Origin: Antedon mediterranea
Lineage: Eukaryota; Animalia; Echinodermata
NCBI RefSeq assembly: GCF_964355755.1
Contig: NC_092671.1
Span: 7,688,001 to 7,752,000, forward strand
Direction of reading: 5' to 3'
Length of the DNA: 64,000 nt
Part shown: piece by piece, positions 48,801-64,000 of the stretch
Layout of the letters: each line of letters opens with the position of its first letter
How positions within the stretch are numbered: position 1 is the stretch's first letter
Notes under the pieces: generated by a model
The model's database searches: none
What the model was told of the DNA's origin: nothing
The model's input: the letters and a program-made list of their open reading frames with translations, nothing else
Position numbers and translations under genes: made by a program

Positions 48801-51800
48801 TAGAGTACTTTTCAGGATAAAATGAAGAAATGTGACAAGTTTAATCACTATCAATGCGTCTTTATCTTTTTGCTCTTTTCAATGTTGATAGAATAATGAT
48901 TTTAAGTCATCCTTTACAGGTGAGAAAACTCAATAAAGTTACAGCTCTTAAAGGTGCACTATCTGTGTGGAAATCCCAAACAAATATTCAATCAATACAT
49001 GTTTTAAATTGCCATGTCCAATGTTATAATAATTTAACTTTTTATAAAATTTGATGGAGCAGTGTTTGACAGTTAAGAAGTGACAGTATTTCATCAATAT
49101 CTAAGAATTATTCATCTGAAATGTAAGGCATATTTTACTTATCTGAAAACAAAAACATAAAATAAATAGTTTGCTTTAAAATTAAAATTAACTGTAAATT
49201 GGCTTTACATGCAGTAGCTTGTATCGTTAACAATTATTTCATTTTTTAAGATAAAATTATTAAACAGAAACAGGTAGATAACAAAAGAATAATATTGATA
49301 AAAATATTCTTTAAGAATAGACCTTGAAAAAATGGATTTTAATATCAATGGTATTCTATTGTTACTGTTCGTAGTTTAACCAATTTGTAACAATATTCCT
49401 ACAAAAATAATGGATACAAAATTGCACTAATAACACTGTATTATAATAATTTATCCTTTTAGATGCAAATCTTGTCATTTATCTTATCATCTACCTTATC
49501 ATTTGATCATACTGTAAGGCCTAAAGAACTAGATCCCATAGTTCATCCACTTATTTCTTTGAACTAATTAAGGTGTGTTTATTATGTCCAATAGGTACAG
49601 TATTACTGTTATTAACTAATACAAACTAAAAGTTAAAACAAATATATTTTTGTTAATTCAATTTTTGATGCACCACCGAATGGTGTGTGCCGCTGAATCA
49701 ATTTTGTTTCTGAATAAACTGCTAAAACTATTTCCATAATAACTAAAAAAAAATAATATCTTCAATGCAATGCAATACAGTATAGGAAATAATAATTAAT
49801 ACAGGAGTTTCTTCCATTTCTGTTTTCATAATAATAATGCGACATTTATATAGCACTAAATTTGTAAAGATCAGAGTGAGCTTTGAGTGTTTGTTGAATA
49901 TTAAAATTATCTAGACTCTCTACTTGCCTTTATACAATAAAAAACTTGATAGCAAACACTTTTTTCTACAGTATTAATAATGAACATTCTTCTCAACTAA
50001 AACATAAAAAATTCAAACTGACACCGAGAATAGAATCTCTGTGGTAAACATGTACCACCTTATTTTTGTTGAAGTTACTCATAATATCATATGAAAACAT
50101 AAAAATGTTATGTCATAATAATAGCCGCGTGAGTTTCAACAATGATTGTGCCGCTACCTAAGCTTATAAAAATAATTGAACTATCATTTTGTATTGTCGC
50201 TGTCTTAGTCCCCATGGTGATTGCCGTCTAAGATAACTTATAACTCGTAACGTTAACTAAGTGTTTTTCTCACGTCAACACATTTGCATAGTTTCATGTT
50301 GATGTGTATGTTTTAATGTTATGAATATGAGTTCTACCTTTAAATGCTAGAGATAGTGGAACAATAATTGTCTTGTAAACAATATGTAAATACTTTATAA
50401 TAGGTTGTAAGTTTGAACCACATGTGGTTGGTGTAGAGCAGAATAAAAAAAAAGTTAAAGTTATAAAACTTGAAACTTATTGGGTGTGGGTGTATATAAC
50501 ATAGCCTAATTTAATTTATAACTTGAAGGAATATTGCACTACGGGTTGGTCAATTACAATACGATAAGCTAATCCGGTTTTAAATAGATTAAAAAATTAT
50601 CAAAAACAAACTAAGCAAACATACGGCAAAGCAGCAATAAAAAATAGGAAAAAAATCTATTATTTATTTTGTCTATGTATGACATATTTAAGAAACAACA
50701 GGCGTACAGAAGTACTCTACTAATCTTGCTGATCAAAGTGTAGCGCTATCCATTAATGTATAATGATAAACTCAAGTCGGTGTCAAGAGAGTTCAGAGCG
50801 TCTGTTTCGCCTCTGGCTATCATAACGACAATGGCCAAAGTTTTTATCCAACACTTGTCGACTAGCGGAATTTTTCTACTAATAATACTGATCGCGGTCA
50901 TCGGGAAAATGATGTACATATACACGATATATCTCGACCTTTCAACTGTGAACTATATTTGTATTTTTTTCATGATTCCCAATTATCCTGTGAGCGTGCA
51001 AAGGGAAATTAAATGACAAATGATAAAATTAATGATAGCGGAAAATGTAGATAATGATGATAAATTATTCTAGGGATTTGGTGATAAATTATTAGCAATT
51101 TAGAGGTTTCGGAGGTTGGTATTGTTAAATAAATGTTGAGAAAGAAAACATTTTAGATGATATATTACTTTATGACAGCGCCATAGAATTGTAGTAGTCC
51201 GTAAAATGCTCATACTAAATTCAATGCATAAACACAGACCATGATTACAGTAAATTGAAAACAAAAATGTTTTTACATAGATTATTATATATAGTGTGTG
51301 ATAATATATTTCTAATAGCAATGATAATATTTGTAAATTTGTATTGCCCTTATGGAGCTCTACTATGGCGAAATTTTGGCATGGATTAAAATTTTAAATA
51401 GTACATACTAGAATAGTATGCACCCAATTCTGGAACTTATTTATTTAAGAATTAACATGGATGAATAATCCATTTATTACCATAGTGCATGTGGGTTAGT
51501 TTATTCCTGCTATAAGTTAAGTTATTATTTCTTTTTCATTGTTCAACCTTGTTTTTTTTGTAGAAGGGGAATATAATAGTCTCATCCGTCATGATTACTT
51601 TATTATTGGCATTGTGAGAGCTTTCATACTCTAATGGTCTAATGAATTATATTTTTAAAAAAATATATACATTTAAAGATTAATAATCCCCTTCTAATAT
51701 CTCTTATAAATATGCACAAAAAAGCATCAAAGGGCATTAGAATTAAAATTATGTGTATGGGCTATGATTTAATGGAACTGACTCTCTTCCCCTTTTCCCT

Positions 51801-54800
51801 TGTTTTATGTACAAACAAAATAAGTATTTTTAAGAATATACATGACAGACATCAACAAGGGAAATTAAAGAATAAACATAAACATACAATACAAGTAATT
51901 TTAAAATTCAAGAAAAAAAAGAATACAGGCATCATTATTAACGATACTATATTATGTCGTAAAAGAATATTTATACAAAAATGTCCAGCACAATTTTTGC
52001 CTTACAATTAACAAGATGATTTTGTAAAGACTAAAGCAGACAACATGTCGCTTCTTGATACATACACAGCGATGGCTGTTCAGGTACAAACATCAATAAA
52101 TATTTCATGGCTGCTGTCTCTAAAACTTAACAAACCGCCACGTTGTACACGGACATCGTTAGAACTGAATCACGGGTTATAAAGCCGGTCACAAACAGAT
52201 TACTCTTGGGAATTGACTAGTTCAATTTACGACCACTACGAATTGACGTTCGCGATACATATTTTTCCTCTGCTTTAAATTGCTAGATTTATCAAATAGT
52301 TTCGAACAAAAATATGCTGTATACTGTATGAATTGAGAAATTAAAAATACTTGAGGCTGAATTGATATTAATGCATGGTGGTAGCTTAAATTATATTGCA
52401 GTTATTGCAGGGACAGTGCTGTCTTTTAAAATCACCGCTTGCCTCTAGATAAAACTCTTCTCATACAGGTTGTATAAACTAATCAACACAGATTTTTAAA
52501 AGTACAAAACCACTGAAGGATGCAATGTACGGAAATGGTGAAAATATATAGTGAAGATTGTATTGTAACACTCATCATTACAAGTACTGTTGTACATAGT
52601 ATTAGTATATCATTAAAACAAATTAAAAAACTGTTACTTATTACTGTACATGTACCTTTTTTTTCTTAGTTACTGTAAATTTGTATTGATGTATTTTGTA
52701 TTATATAGACATTATCAGTGTCATTGATTCACTGTTAAAATTGAAAAAAATAAATAAACAAAAGTATATAAAAATGTATTAATAAATTACATAATTGAAA
52801 ATAATAATGATGAAAATACAGTAGTGGTGATAATTTTTTAATATATCTCATTTGTTTGATTGTTATAAATTATTGTTAGAACATTTTATTATCATTTTTA
52901 AGACCAGAATAACAAATGAATGTATGCTTAAAATTTATAATTCATTACCATGTGTACAAATTAGATTATCAGATACTAAAACTTAAGTATTCAAAATGTG
53001 TAGATAAAATTCATTATTGAAATCAAGAATGAAATTCCTACGTGTTTCAATTATTTTATGTGTCTGTCTAAAGATACTATTGAGGGTAGTGTCTGTCTAA
53101 CGATACGACGAGGCTAGTAACAACAGAAACACTTAACATAAGCTTTTTGACGTTTAAAAAAAAACCAACTTTAACATATCTGTGCTGACTGTAAAAAAAC
53201 AACATACCAGAATAAGTAGAGGTATGCAAATTAAACAAAGAAATAAAAGTCAAAATATAAATTAAATGATCAATCAAAAATGAAGCTATAAGTAACTCAA
53301 TCAAAACTGTAGACATGGTCAAACAAAATGTATTTGAACTGACTGCACAGAATCCTAACAAGATAGAGTTAGCCTAAAAAGACCTAAAGGTCCTGTGAAC
53401 TGGTGATGTTTAATATGTGGTTTGCATCTATTGCCAATAAACTGCCCTAGTTTGTTCATGTAGACTAGAAAATGTCTTTGGTCAGATATTCACAGACCAG
53501 TGTTAGTGGTTAAACTCTTACGATGATCATTTTCTTCAACCACCAAAGTTACTGTATTCTTGTGTCTTTCCGCTATTTTCGACATATAAACCTTTATGTT
53601 TAGTTGTGCACCTGACTTTTTTATGGCATCACTGAGACTTTAAAAACCTTAATACGAAGACAAGTAGATAAGATCAAATGTAAAAAATGAAGCAAGGAAA
53701 GAACTGAGAGGAACAGAGGGGAGGATCCCAGAGGAGCAGGTAATGAACTTGATTACAATGGCACACAGAAAGAGAAATTCGCTTCTTCACAAATAGGAAT
53801 TCACAGTACACAAAATTAATTTCAAATTGCACTATAACATTTACAGTAGTATACTGTAGTTGATACACAATTGTAAGGAATATTATAATGAATATTTGAT
53901 GAAAGCTATATAATATAGTTGTGAAATATTGAGTGACAAGATGAATAAAAAAAAAAACAACTAAAGAGATGCTATACTGCAGAATTAAACCCTAATGATG
54001 TTAACTTTGTTGCTTAACCAACATTAGCTTACAATATAATGGATATCTAGATGAACTACTTACAGATATGGTAATATTTAAAAAAGTACGTTCATTTATT
54101 ATCGATGCGCATTTCATAAAAAGTAGTATTCGATCAATATAATTTTTAATGAAAATCGTTAACACAAAAATGGGTTTCTATAACCTTATAACTGGATATT
54201 TAAATGGAAATGCTACTAATGATATTCTCCTATAGCTTTGCCAATTGTGTAGAATTTCCACTGGGGGATAGATAGTTACACAAACACTGTAAAACAGAGA
54301 TGTCCATTGGGGTGTAATGTAAACTACTATCTAGAAACCTGATCACGCTGACATTAAAAATATACTATATATACTATTTTATTAATATTAGAATGAATTT
54401 ATTAAAACTTTTAAAAGTTTTAACTCACACTTTGAAAGTTAATGTACTGTATCTGCTACAGTATGAAAGTTGTATAATTGAAGTTCTTAATTTATTATAA
54501 TTTATTAATTCTTAGGCTGTTTAAAAATTGCTTAGGCTTGCCAGTTTGGTGAAAAAAATTACTATTAATGTGGTCAAAATTTTTATTTATTTTATTTTTA
54601 GGCTTCTAATTTAAATTCTCATACCTCTGAAGAGATACTCATAAGCAATCATTTTTTAATACAGGTAGTTTGTTTTAAATAATAACATTTGATATAGACT
54701 GAGACTGCAGTATGTTAAAATTGATAATGCAATATACAACACTGCAGTAAGATTGTAATTTAAAACTTAATTGAACAGATATTAACCTACAAAAGTAAAA

Positions 54801-57800
54801 TAGATGATAAAAATCACGCTAAAAACTCTCATAACTGGAGAACAACTGATTAAATGAGTTGTTCGAACTGCCAGCTGGCTTATATGGATCTTTTAGAATT
54901 CATTTAGAAATTCAATACAGCACGCAAACTGCCAGATAATCAGGTACAAATTAGATGTGTAAATCTTGTACAGAAACATCGGCTTCTTACAATACACTTG
55001 GGGTATACAGTAGAAGATGCGCAAAACAAATGAAGAATCACAGATCCTGGTAAATTGACATAATAAATCACCCATTGTCAAAAGATGCTTATAAAAATGA
55101 GAAAGTATAAAGATCGCATAAGTTTACAATTACATAATTCTGCAGAAGCTTACATTGGATTTTTGTTTTTATAGTTTAGAATCAATCTTTCAAACCTGAC
55201 AAAGAGACGGAAACAAATTGGACAACCGTTAAATTTAAATCTGTTAAACATTTCTATTCATTATCTTTTTAAAATAAAATTGAAATTGCAATAACCATAC
55301 CGTAAATGAATTCCTTGGTGTACATACAGTAGGATGCAAGAGGAGTACAGTAGATCTCAGATATCCAGTGAGCACCAGAGCTTCTGTAACAATCGTACCT
55401 AAGTTGTGTTATGATACCTTCGACAACTCACCAATTTTAAGATACTGTAAGTAGTCATTGAAGCAGTCCGAACTGTAAAGTTTGTGTTTAAAGTATGTGA
55501 GTGCTCACTACATTGGTTTATCGATCTAGAAGCTACTGTAACAGTATCTACAGGACAGTAAGAATAGGGCGCACCTATTATCTTATATTACAATGTAATG
55601 CTAGTTCCTATTGCTACCTGTACAGAATTTTGATATTACTGCACCAATTCATTAATTAGAGATTTTCTTGTTAGTAAATTATTATTATTATCATTTTCTT
55701 TCCTATTTAAAACAATATTTATGTTGTAATCCTTTTTATTATGAAAATGATAGAATTATCAAATATTTAGATATCAAATTTAAATGATGATAGAATTAAA
55801 GTAAACTACACAACTATTGAATACATTTAAGATCTAAAGGACAAACCAAGATTCGCTAATGAGATACAGATTGATTCAATAGCATGTTACTTTTTTCATC
55901 ATCTATTTCAATCGATCTTTAATGCAACATTTTGGAAAACTATTCCATGGAAATGAATTATTTAAGAATCAAATTAAATTACAATTTCAACATTTATAAA
56001 CCATCTATTTTAAGATTCTAATGAATATCTCAGAGACTTCAAAAAATCATTATTTTACTTAAAACAATTTAATTATTGGACTTTATAAGTAAAGTATCAA
56101 AATATTGTAAAGAATTTAGATGGATGTTTCCCCGAGGAATAAATTTCTAGATCAACAACATTTATACAATCCAATTATATGTGGTGTTACGTTCATTTTC
56201 CAAATACCAAATTTTACATAATGCTAAACTGTGTCATCGCCGAGAAGTGACAAAACAAATCAAAACAAATTGGTTTAAAATCAAGCATTATGGGTAAATT
56301 TCAAGAGCTGTAATCATTCAAATAATATGATGATTAGATTTTACAAAATGAGGACAATTATCTTTCAGTTTTCAAATTTCTTACTTCTTTTTTCGAAGTC
56401 GGTTTTAATGATCAATCTGACAACACTTATATTGTACCAGATAAAGACATTTCAAGTTTTCAGGCGATTCTTTTGATTAACTGTTGGGGAAAAAAGAGGT
56501 TGTTTAAAGTTCATAGCCTAAAGTATTGTTCAGATAGCATGCAGAGTTTTTAATTGATTTTATATTGACGTAGTAACCCGAGATTCGGAAACACTCTGAA
56601 TCGATACACATGGCTGATTAAGGGCTTTGATGATAAAACTCAACTTTAAGACCTTTTGTGCATGAACACCTTTAGAAATATAAAATTGATCTAGTTTCGC
56701 TCAGACTGTTTACATTAAACATGGAAAGAACATTATTATTATTGTGAAGTGTAAAATATATTTAATATTTGTTGTTCATACAGTATTTATTAATTATACA
56801 ACCATGATAAAAAGGCGGTTATGAGAGGCTACAGAGGTGATGCAGATGAATTTGGTAATTAATTAAAAACATTAACTTCATGATCTGATTTATATAGTTG
56901 GGATATTCGGAAAATCTAAAAGAAATAGAGGGAAAGTAAAAGAAATGAGTAAAGGTATACAGAAAAGAATTTATATAAAAAGGAATTCATAAAGAAAAAG
57001 GATAATGTACACTACAGTAGTCTCACTAAAGAGTAGAAAGGATTAATAAATAAAAAGGGAAAGCTAGAGACAATAAGGAAAAGGATAAAGAAAATAAAAA
57101 TATTTTATAAAGTTGTCCTATTTTATCTCTCAACAATTTTCCTTTGTAGGACTACAAAGTCTAAAGTAGAATAGTGAGAATTAAATATGACAGGACAGGA
57201 TTTTAATGTAGGACCCTGAAATTGGTGCAAAGTATTTTAGCACGAAGCGATAAAATTAGTAACATGTAACAATAACAATGGCATCTCAACTCTGATGTAA
57301 TTAGGGGCATGCAGCATCAATTCAATCACTACTTGCTAGTCCCATGTGAACTGTCACTAAGCTGGTTAAGCCTCCATTCATACTCAATGTATTTGCTGAT
57401 TCAATTAGTAAATGGTTTACAATATCTCTATCATTACTATGGTATTTGCCTTGCTATTTCATGTGCGTATGGCGGCTAGAAATGGGATTGGAAATCACCA
57501 ATAAAGCATACCATGTGTACGGAATAAATCCTGTTGAGTATTACAATACTTAACAACATGAGTTCTAAGATCATGTTTAATGAAACCATCAGCATTTACA
57601 AAATAGAATTTGTACAGTGTCCTAAAACTGGCTCACCTAGAAAAAGTTAAACTCTTCTAAAACCATTAAAGAAACATGTAAAAAAATCATTGGAAGGGCT
57701 ACAGAAAATTATAAATCAAACATTGAACAATTTAATACAATTGAAAATGGCAGCTTTCTTTACACAATAAAGCTTTTCGCTACAGACAGGTAACAATATT

Positions 57801-58461
57801 TCCTATTTCAAACAAAAGAAATAATCACCTTAAAAAATAAACTTCAATAAATATCTTCAATAAACAAAGAAAATAATATTTAATAGTTGTTTTGTTGAAA
57901 ACCTAAATTATCTGAGTATTTCACAACTTAATAAAATAAGAAAAAAAAAATTAATATACAAAAATTCCTTTTGACTCATTAAGCTTTAGTAAAAAACCGG
58001 ACTTGTGGTGGTGGTGGTTCTTGTTCACAATTGAACAACAGTCAATACATTATTTAATTAATCTGGAAATGACCAAGTTAAATGACAACAACAACCTATT
58101 GTTTATTGACAGGTACATTTTGTTCGATCAATTTTCAGCTATGGTTCATTCACCTAGGAGAATTAATGGCATTGTCTGATTTATGCTTATTAATTTTATA
58201 ATGAAATTTAGCACAATTTCAATTTAAATCTCAGGGTATCCCCAGCATAATTTTCAAAATAGGATTAAATGCGAGAATTCAATTATGTATCAATCTCTTT
58301 AAATTGAATTTTTAGATGATCTGACAGAGAATATTACACAGAAAGATCACACATGAAATATTGCTTTGTTTTGAATGTTACAGTAGGTACTGTATGTTTA
58401 ATATATTTAAGTTTTTTTATAGACAAATTACATTTAAAAATGAAATACTGTAAAAATATCT

Positions 58462-58632
58462 TAATGTCTGTCTACACTATCACACTAGTTTGACAAAAAA
58501 AGTTTGATGTGCCCAAATATGGTAGTGATATGTCCGAATACTGTATGGTAGTGATATGATATCATCATATCGATATATGAGCACATGACATTTTTTTTGT
58601 CACATAAAGTTTGATAGTGTAGACAGAGCGTA
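58462..58632. mobile_element. MITE family A
   Basis: Same TIRs and core as the 24078 copy. Confidence 0.85.
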
Positions 58633-59159
58633 AAACTATTATTTTTTATTTATACCTAACTGTATTTTCTATAATATTGATGAATACATTTACAGAAAGT
58701 ATGTTTGTGTCCAAAGTTACCAATATTCCTTTTGGCAAGACATTAAAATCTCATCAGGAGTCTAAATAGGTACAAGAAACTTACACATGATGTAGGAAAT
58801 AGATAATGTTTTTAATAATGAATTCAGTATGTATTAGATTACAACACATCCATGGTTAGAAGCTGTCCTAAAGCAAAGAGGATGTCTTTCATTCTTAATA
58901 TTAAATTACTGTGACTAAATTTAAATTGTATTAATAATACCTGTCATATTTAAGTCTACCAGACATTTATCAGTAATAGCATTTAGATTAAAATTTATAT
59001 CATTTTAAATAAGAACAAAATAATTTAATTTATTAAAGGTTTTCTTACATTACAGTACATAAATTATTGATTAAAAAACCTAAAATGTGTGTACTAAAGC
59101 ATCTTACTGAATATCATAAAAGTCTATGCCTCCAATTGTCTATACTGTAAAGTATCTAT

Positions 59160-59505
59160 TAAACATTTACTGTAGTCCTACATATTTAATTTTTTTTTTT
59201 TCGACTAATTTTTGGTGAAAGTTAATAACTATTATAATACTTCAAAATGACCCACTTTTTTTCGAAATAAAAAAAAAAATATTTGTTTGGAATTATAAGT
59301 CAAAGGGACAATACATCTTTAAACATTTACTGTAGTCCTACATATTAAATTTTTTTTTTTTTTAATAATTTTTGGTGAAAGTTAATAACTATTATAATAC
59401 TTCAAAATTACCCACTTTTTTTCGAAATTAAAAAAAAAAATATTTGTTTGGAATTAGTCAAAGGGACAATACATCTTTAAACATTTACTGTAGTCCCACA
59501 TATTA
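59160..59505. repeat. Recent 160-bp tandem duplication
   Basis: AAACATTTACTGTAGTCC at 59161, 59321, 59479 with near-identical units. Confidence 0.9.
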
Positions 59506-61989
59506 AATTATTTGACTGGAGTGCTAAACTGTGCAACCTCCTCCAACCCACGTAATATTGATTTTATCACAAGTTCCAAAGAAATCACTTTACAGTACGT
59601 ACAGTATTAAAACCCTCTAAACTAAAACACATCGTAACTCCAAGTATGTACATTACTTATTTATAGTAATGATGACAAAAAAACACAGAAAGTTCCTACT
59701 AAAAAGACACTGTTACAGGTACTGTAGGCTTACCATTATTTGAACAGACACAGGCAAAAAAAAATAAAAATAAAAATCACACGTACAGTAATGGATTTAA
59801 ACTAAAACAAATTGACGGAAATTATGTACAAAATACCAGGAAAATAAAATAAGATATTGTATGCAATAATACTGGTATGCACGCCTTAGCGTAAGCTTTG
59901 AGTCATGAATATAATTAATATAATGAAAGCTGTCATAGACCCACCCAAGATTTTAAATGAGTCAAACAGTAACCTTACTTATATTATGAATTGTGAGTAA
60001 AATTAAAGATGATCTCATTAATGAAACAATAATTAGAATTTCCATTATTTTATCAGTCATTTTGATTTTTAAAACTGCTTATCATAATTATGACAACTCC
60101 CACGTACAGAACAGATTGTTTATTGTTGGTACAGTACAAACATGAGGATGTTATGAAATAGAATGGTTAATCTTTTAACTCATGAATCTCGCATTTAACT
60201 CAGAACCCGGGGCTCTCAACCGGGGGACTGCGAAGCGCATGGTAGAAAAATGTTGAGAACATTCATTCATTCTATTTTTCACATACAAAATAGTAACTGC
60301 ATTCTACTTTTGTAAAGAAACTTTTATTTAATAATAACAGGAACTGAACAGGACTTTTAATATAAAATTAACTGTTCAAATGGCAAGGATACAGTACATT
60401 CAGGTGTGTTATAAAACTGGCTAGATGGAGTCACTAGTTAGAAAAGACTAATGCATTTGTTATTTCCTATCTACACATTACTGTACGTGGGATGAATGTC
60501 GTTAAGGGATAATGCAGATAGAAACTGTAAACTGAATATCTAGTTATGTTCATCGCCCTATCCTTCGCACCACTGCGATTTATAGTTGGGGTATATTAAC
60601 ACATATGGTTGTTCCACCTGTTCAATGTCAAGGTATTGCACCTAATGATCGGAACCTGAAACATGAGTTCTATTCTAGCGAGTACAGTATCAAGTTTAAT
60701 TAAGAGTATTTTTTGTTTAAATTCCCCTTTCTCTCATTGTTAACTCAATGATGGAAACACATTACAATTTATAATCAACATTATGACGTTTATTGTAAGT
60801 CTGTCGTCATTAATATTCCTTAAGCGCACCAAGTGGTGAAATCATTCAAACGTTAATGGTCGGTATTTTCTAAACTCCAGTCTTTTCTCTTTCAGGACAA
60901 ATAAGTCTTATATGGTGTGATGTCTCTATCCATAAACATTATTTTATAATATTAGAGAATTTCAAATATTTTAGCTAAATAGAGTAAATAGTAGAGCTTG
61001 CACAGGTATTTACGAAATGGAAAATTTAATTGAAATGATAAAAATATATAAAAAAGATATTTCATAGAATTAGATATTCAATTTATACAATTACGATGAA
61101 ATAAAATATTTGTTTCAATGTAAAACTATTTTTTCAATACAGATTTGGTTTACTTTTTCTTAGGATGATTGTGAAGCTGTCTTTCAGTTTGCGAATATTA
61201 TTTACAAAGCTTGATATTAGAGAAGTAGTTTGATAGTTTCCATATGAATGGGTGTAGCAATTGATTAGGTTTTGATATGGGGTTAATGATGGATTTCACC
61301 GATTTCTCTCAATGTTGGTGCCAGGGGAAGAGGACGAATGAGTCATGAAGATGGGAATGCACATTGCAGGCCAGTAGCCAGGTTAGGGTATGGGGGTCTT
61401 TATGGTTGGGGCGAACCCCCTATCTACAGCAAATCCACCTTTATACAGCGAATAAAACCATCTCTGACAATCCACATACTTAAAGTTATTATAATATGAT
61501 GTATGTGCTGTAAGGTATTGCTTTTAATTTTATAGTAATTTACTAATTGAAAATTGGTGTGAGGGTCTGATGCACTCAGTGCCTAAAAGTCCATAATGCC
61601 CCTTCTTGGATCTAGCTTCAATAATCTAACAATAAATAATACAGAAACAATAGGATATAATGACATTTTTATTTTATTAGGAAAAATTTAACAAGTACAT
61701 TTTGTAAAGCTGGTCACCTATGTAGCCCTAATTACACAATATTTTTAATTACACAAGTTACTACTGTAATAAATCTATTTATTTTTTGTTTTTTAAAAAT
61801 AAACAAATAAATATTCTTTATCTGACATCTATTATACTTACTTGTGGCACTAGCTGAAAAGTTGTGAGTCGCAAGTAGTATTCACAAAGACCTACTGTAA
61901 TACTACCAGTACTATTTTTACATTTGCTGGTTAATAACAAAATTGTTTTGTGATATGTAATAAAAATCAATTAAAATTGTAAAACTTAC

Positions 61990-62104
61990 CAATGATATGT
62001 TATTCGTCCCTAGCGATGCTCCTTTTAAATATTCCGATGTATATGTAAAGTTTCCAGCAGAACTGTATACGTACCTCAATGGAAATCAACTAGCCCTGGA
62101 CACT
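61990..62104 (-). other. Candidate non-coding first exon (probably THSD7)
   Basis: Ends in G|GTAAGT (61989-61984); stops in all 3 frames; starts at an Inr-like CAGT 29 nt from TATAAAA. Confidence 0.55.
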
Positions 62105-62245
62105 GCAACCAATAGAAATGAGACAATTTTATAGCGTATTCAATTCTACAGACCAGTATGAATCATAATAATAAACCACCCTCGCTATGAATAAATGACT
62201 CACCAAGTCATTCAGCCAATCAGAGCTCAAGGACAATCCACCAAT
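62100..62245 (-). promoter_or_regulatory. Pol II core promoter: TATA, Inr, AP-1, two CCAAT boxes
   Basis: TATAAAA 62133-62127, Inr A at 62104, TGACTCA 62196-62202, GCCAATCAG 62215-62223, CCAAT 62241-62245. Confidence 0.55.
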
Positions 62246-64000
62246 CTGAATTTAGCTACGCCTTTTCTTTTATTTGAATAAATTGGTAAACACAGACAAT
62301 ACAGCCATTGTAATGAAAACAATAAAGGCATCTGTTTTATTGATGAATAAGAATGAATATTAGAAAAGGAGATCCCCTGTTTAAAAATATTTAAACACAA
62401 TGTATTCAATACACAGGTGTACAAGTGTTTTACAATAGAATACCACTTGAAGACTTAAAAAAGGACAATGCATACATTTATATAAAGATATTACAATAGG
62501 GGAGAAAAAGGATACGAGACAATACAAAATAAACACCAAAGTTGAATGTGGATGACTAATTTATTTTTTATGTAAGCAAACAGTATATTCATATAAAATA
62601 TAAATTTCCCTTTTAGTCTGAAATTGGTGCCATACAGCCTTTGGATTAACCTAAACACAACAACAAAAATATAGTAGTAATAAAAACAAAGTATAATATA
62701 ACTCCTTATTTCCAATATTTAATACTGGACAGGTTCGAAAATGGGTAATTAAGTATAAGATATGTTCACATATTGCTAATCTACAGATAGCTAAAACATG
62801 GAGGTATCAAATTAGATTATACGTCCATGGCTAAAATATCTATCACAGAACATTACAATTCAATTTAGTGTACTTCGGTAAGGCTATTCTGGAAAGCCAT
62901 ATTATTTTTAAGTTTTTTGAATTTTCCTTAAAAAAAGGTCTATTCTCTAGCCAAAGTAATTTATTTCAGTGTAATTTTATTTCTTCAATACATGATTCAA
63001 GATGTACTATAAAAATGTGCATCTTGCATTCCATTCTAGTTTTCCAAAGTAGAGACGTTACTAATACTATATGATATGTGACTTTATCTATTTTTATACC
63101 AAAATATAAATTATAAAAAAATTAATAAATGAGTGAAGATTGGAATCCACACACAAACTATCAATGCAACTCAAATTATGACATTAAAAAAAACCTTATG
63201 TATTGCCACGGTCCAAAAGGTTGGAATTATAAGTCCTTCTTCTAGTTGGTAATTCACCACATAAAACATGTCGCCAGAAAATCTATGTTAAATCATAAAT
63301 AAAAAATAGCGTGGTTTTGAAGTGTATACGGGCATGGAAGCGGATGAAAGTTTCACCTGGATCTGACTCGCAGATGATCTACATTTGTGAACTTTAATGC
63401 GTACCTGTTTCTCGCTGAAAACAAAACTTGCGACTGACTGAATCGTTTTTGGATTTGAAGAATTGGGACGTTAATTTAACTAATCATTGAGATGGATGAA
63501 TGAGATATTTTAAAGATAGATTGACTACAATGATGGATCAAATGATGGAGAGTGTTATTACTTTATAATTATTATACTCATATTAATAATAATAACAATT
63601 CCATAAATATCTTTTTTATTAGTTTTTATCAAATTGAAAGAGATAAATTGCCAATGAGAGTAAGTTACAATAATTGTTGTATATTATCACTTGTAATAAA
63701 AATAAATGCGTCATTCCTAAAAAAAAATGTATCAACTAAAAAGTAGTGTATACAGTATCTAGAAAGAGTAATTATGGCTGCAATTTAAATTAATAAAATA
63801 TTAATTTAATTCACTGGCTATCAAATTTGATCATCTTCCTGCATCCTCAAATTTTCCTATTTTTTTTTTTTTTAATAATGGTTACAAAAAATATATCAAT
63901 TTAGCTTGCGAATGCAACACATGTCATCATAACACAGATATAAATGTAGTACAAACAAACAGTGACGTTATGGTGGTTGATGGAAGAAGGTGTTCTAGAA

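Noticed and set aside
54840-55560. Possible decayed retroelement coding fragment
   Set aside because: Multiple stops and no diagnostic motif I can identify with confidence.
36700-61900. Short ORFs and miRNA-like seeds in the long upstream region
   Set aside because: ORFs are short and I/L/F/K-biased as expected from AT-rich noise; seed-like matches (e.g. TATTGCACT near 50532) lack full mature sequence or hairpin.

Overview
AT-rich eukaryotic (animal, probably invertebrate) genomic DNA with spliceosomal introns; no prokaryotic features. The window is dominated by one minus-strand gene encoding a thrombospondin type-1 domain-containing protein 7 (THSD7A/B-like). I reconstructed 25 coding exons by hand (35901..11878, 4645 nt, about 1550 aa): signal peptide, long TSP1 array, TM helix and short cytoplasmic tail. 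All GT-AG phases join except for one frameshift inside coding exon 6. A candidate TATA/Inr/CCAAT promoter and non-coding first exon lie about 26 kb upstream (about 62100). The introns hold several non-autonomous DNA transposons. One MITE has its right 43-bp terminus amplified into a 2.7-kb satellite, which contains a 1022-bp duplication that copied the end of an exon and its splice donor. A 1115-bp foldback element with a 9-bp TSD sits 20 nt from a splice donor. At the left, a CpG-rich region (7.5-9.9 kb) probably starts a second, unidentified minus-strand gene running out of the window. All calls are manual readings; no database searches were run.
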